Assembly: GCF_964355755.1 (NCBI RefSeq)
Contig: NC_092674.1
Coordinates: 20,832,001-20,896,000 of the forward strand
Length of the DNA: 64,000 bases
Reading direction: 5' to 3'
Source: Antedon mediterranea
Taxonomy: Eukaryota; Animalia; Echinodermata
Shown: piece after piece, positions 61,750-64,000 of the stretch
Position numbering within the stretch: position 1 is the stretch's first letter
How the letters are laid out: each line of letters starts with the position of its first letter
Translations under genes and position numbers: made by a program
The notes under the pieces: model-generated
Database searches by the model: none
The model's input: the letters and a program-made list of their open reading frames with translations, nothing else
What the model was told of the DNA's origin: nothing

Positions 61750-64000
61750 TATACCATCCTGTTATACGCTTATAGTGCGGAGTTGTGCCTATTATGTGTC
61801 ATATACAATATGTACAGTATATACTGTATATCTATAATACAGTGTAGCATAGGTGAAATTACGGGACCCACATCATGTTCAAATTTTTTGGTATGATGGA
61901 ATTATCAAAATAAACTCGAAGATGACAATTTCGAAAGATAATGAATTGAGCAAATAAATATAAGGATTGGAAGATAATTTGACACGTAGAAGCGCAATGC
62001 GCGCTCTTTGAAATTTGTATAACTTTGACTAAAGAAATTTAAAAACAACGTTTTAACTTCAACTGGCCATATGATAACATCACAACATCCGATAGGCTTA
62101 ATTTTTATATGAATTCATATCTACATTTAATCAGCTTTCATAATAAATTATAATCTTCAAGGTCACCTTTAATTCTGAAGAGCTATAACATATTCAAATG
62201 TATGGTGTAGCTGAAATTACACGACCTTGGTTATTAAAGTTTTTACACATGATGACGTCATCAAAATAAAAATGTTGACAACTCTTGAGAAAGATAATTA
62301 ATTGAGCAAGCACATACTAAAATTTCGGCGAAAATCGGGCTCAAATAACGGAGATGCGCTCTATTGAATGTGATAACCCACACAAAAAGATAAAAATTAC
62401 TAATTTTTAAATTGAAGTGGCCATTTGATGACGTCATCCCATTTTGTACGTCTAATGTGTACATGAATATGTATCTACAACGCAATGGCTTCCCGAATAA
62501 GTTAAAAAAATTGGGGGTCACCTGCCATTCTGAAGAGTTATATTCATTTTAAAAAGGCCTTATTTTTCACCATTTTCAGCACTTTGATGCAATTAATTTG
62601 CGCATTTTGTTATTTTTAACCTGCTCGTATAGCGTTATTTTCAGTCGGAACCTACTCAAATTTGGTGAATGTACTAAGGATGGTGAGTAGAACGAGATTT
62701 GTATAAAAAAATTGCAAATTTTACGCTTTGTAAGTATCGCGCGCGCAAAATATTTTTTTTGCGCAGTAATTTTTTGAAACACGCAAATGGCCTAATTCAT
62801 GCTCTAAATTAATTAAAACGTAATTTTGAGCTTTTTAAATTTTTACTGCGCGATTCCACACGCATGACCCTACGTGCGCGCGCATTTTTACTTGCTAATA
62901 TTTTTACCCTTGACCTGAGGTTTACGTGTAGTGAATTTCATAAATATGTGATAATAAATTATGGATATATGATTGATAATGTGATTTCACAAAATGGCGT
63001 ATACGTGACGCCACGGATGAGTGATCACGCTGAAAAGCTTATTATGGCTAAGTTAAAATATTTGAAAGACATTGTGAAATTTTTGTGATCATTGCTATTC
63101 AACTTTTTGAGATAGTTGACGAACAAATACGAAAGCGATGAAAAAACTACTTTTTAACTTCAACTGGCCATATGATAACGTCACAAAATCCGATAGGCTT
63201 AATTTTGATATGAATTAATATCTACATTTCACCAACTCTCATAATAAGTTATAAACATCAAGGTCAACTTTAATTCAGAAGAGCTGTAATGTATTCAAAT
63301 TTACCTTGTAGGTGAAATTACGTAACCACCGTTATTTAAATTTTAAGACGTGATGACGTCATCCAAATGAAAATCTTGGTAACTCATAAGTAACATAATT
63401 GGTTGAGGTAGAATGTATTAAAAATTAAAAGAAAATCGATCACAGATAAGCGAGTTGCACTCTGTTGAATATAGTGGTCTATGACAAAAGGGGAAAAAAC
63501 CCTATTTTAAAAATTCATGTGGCCAAATGATGACGTCATACCATTTTGTACATCTAATGTGTACGCCATCCTATGACATGATGCATACGCTTATAGTGCT
63601 GAGTTGTGCCTATTATATGCCATATACAATATGTACAGTATTATACTGTATATCTATATACAGTGTAGCATAGGTGAAATTACGGGACACACATCATGTT
63701 CTAATTTTTTGGTATGATGGAATTATCAAAATAAACATAAAGATGACAATTTCGAAAGATAATGAATTGAGCAAATAAATATAAGAATTGGAAGAGAATC
63801 TGGCACGTAGAAGCGCCGTGCGCGGCCTTCGAAATTTGTATAACTTTGACGAAAAAGATGAAAAAACTACTTTTTAACTTCATCTGGCAATATGTTAACG
63901 TCACAACATCCGATAGGCTTGGTTTTTATATGAATTCATATCTATATTTCATCAGCTTTCATAATAAATTAAAATCATCAAGGTAACCTTCAATTCTGAA
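61750..64000. repeat. Composite repeat element with internal long direct repeats, runs off the window
   Basis: 61765-62180 is repeated at 63586-64000. The AACTTCAACTGGCCATATG...GATGACGTCATC block occurs at ~62055, 63156 and 63876. Confidence 0.75.

Overview
AT-rich animal genomic DNA with GT-AG spliceosomal introns, probably from a marine invertebrate (echinoderm-like is my inference, not proven). It is not prokaryotic. There are three host genes, all on the minus strand: an RBMX/hnRNP G-like gene with 11 coding exons (CDS 3762-15130), an intronless class A GPCR (48272-49222) and DAW1/WDR69 with 11 exons (CDS 53136-61172). The rest is a dense, nested transposon landscape. (1) An RBMX intron holds an RTE-type LINE remnant split by a Transib (RAG1-family) element whose surviving end reads like a 23-RSS; the transposase is itself split by a TIR element with a 5-bp TSD. 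(2) A Polinton/Maverick-type protein-primed PolB, apparently with spliced 5' exons, is split in frame at a TTAA by a 7.2-kb Kolobok-like element that contains a CR1/L2-group LINE. (3) A cryptic exon-containing locus has 168-bp coding repeats carrying RVxF-like motifs and is interrupted by a Harbinger element. Many MITEs and Helentron-like repeats are also present. All calls come from manual reading; no database searches were run.
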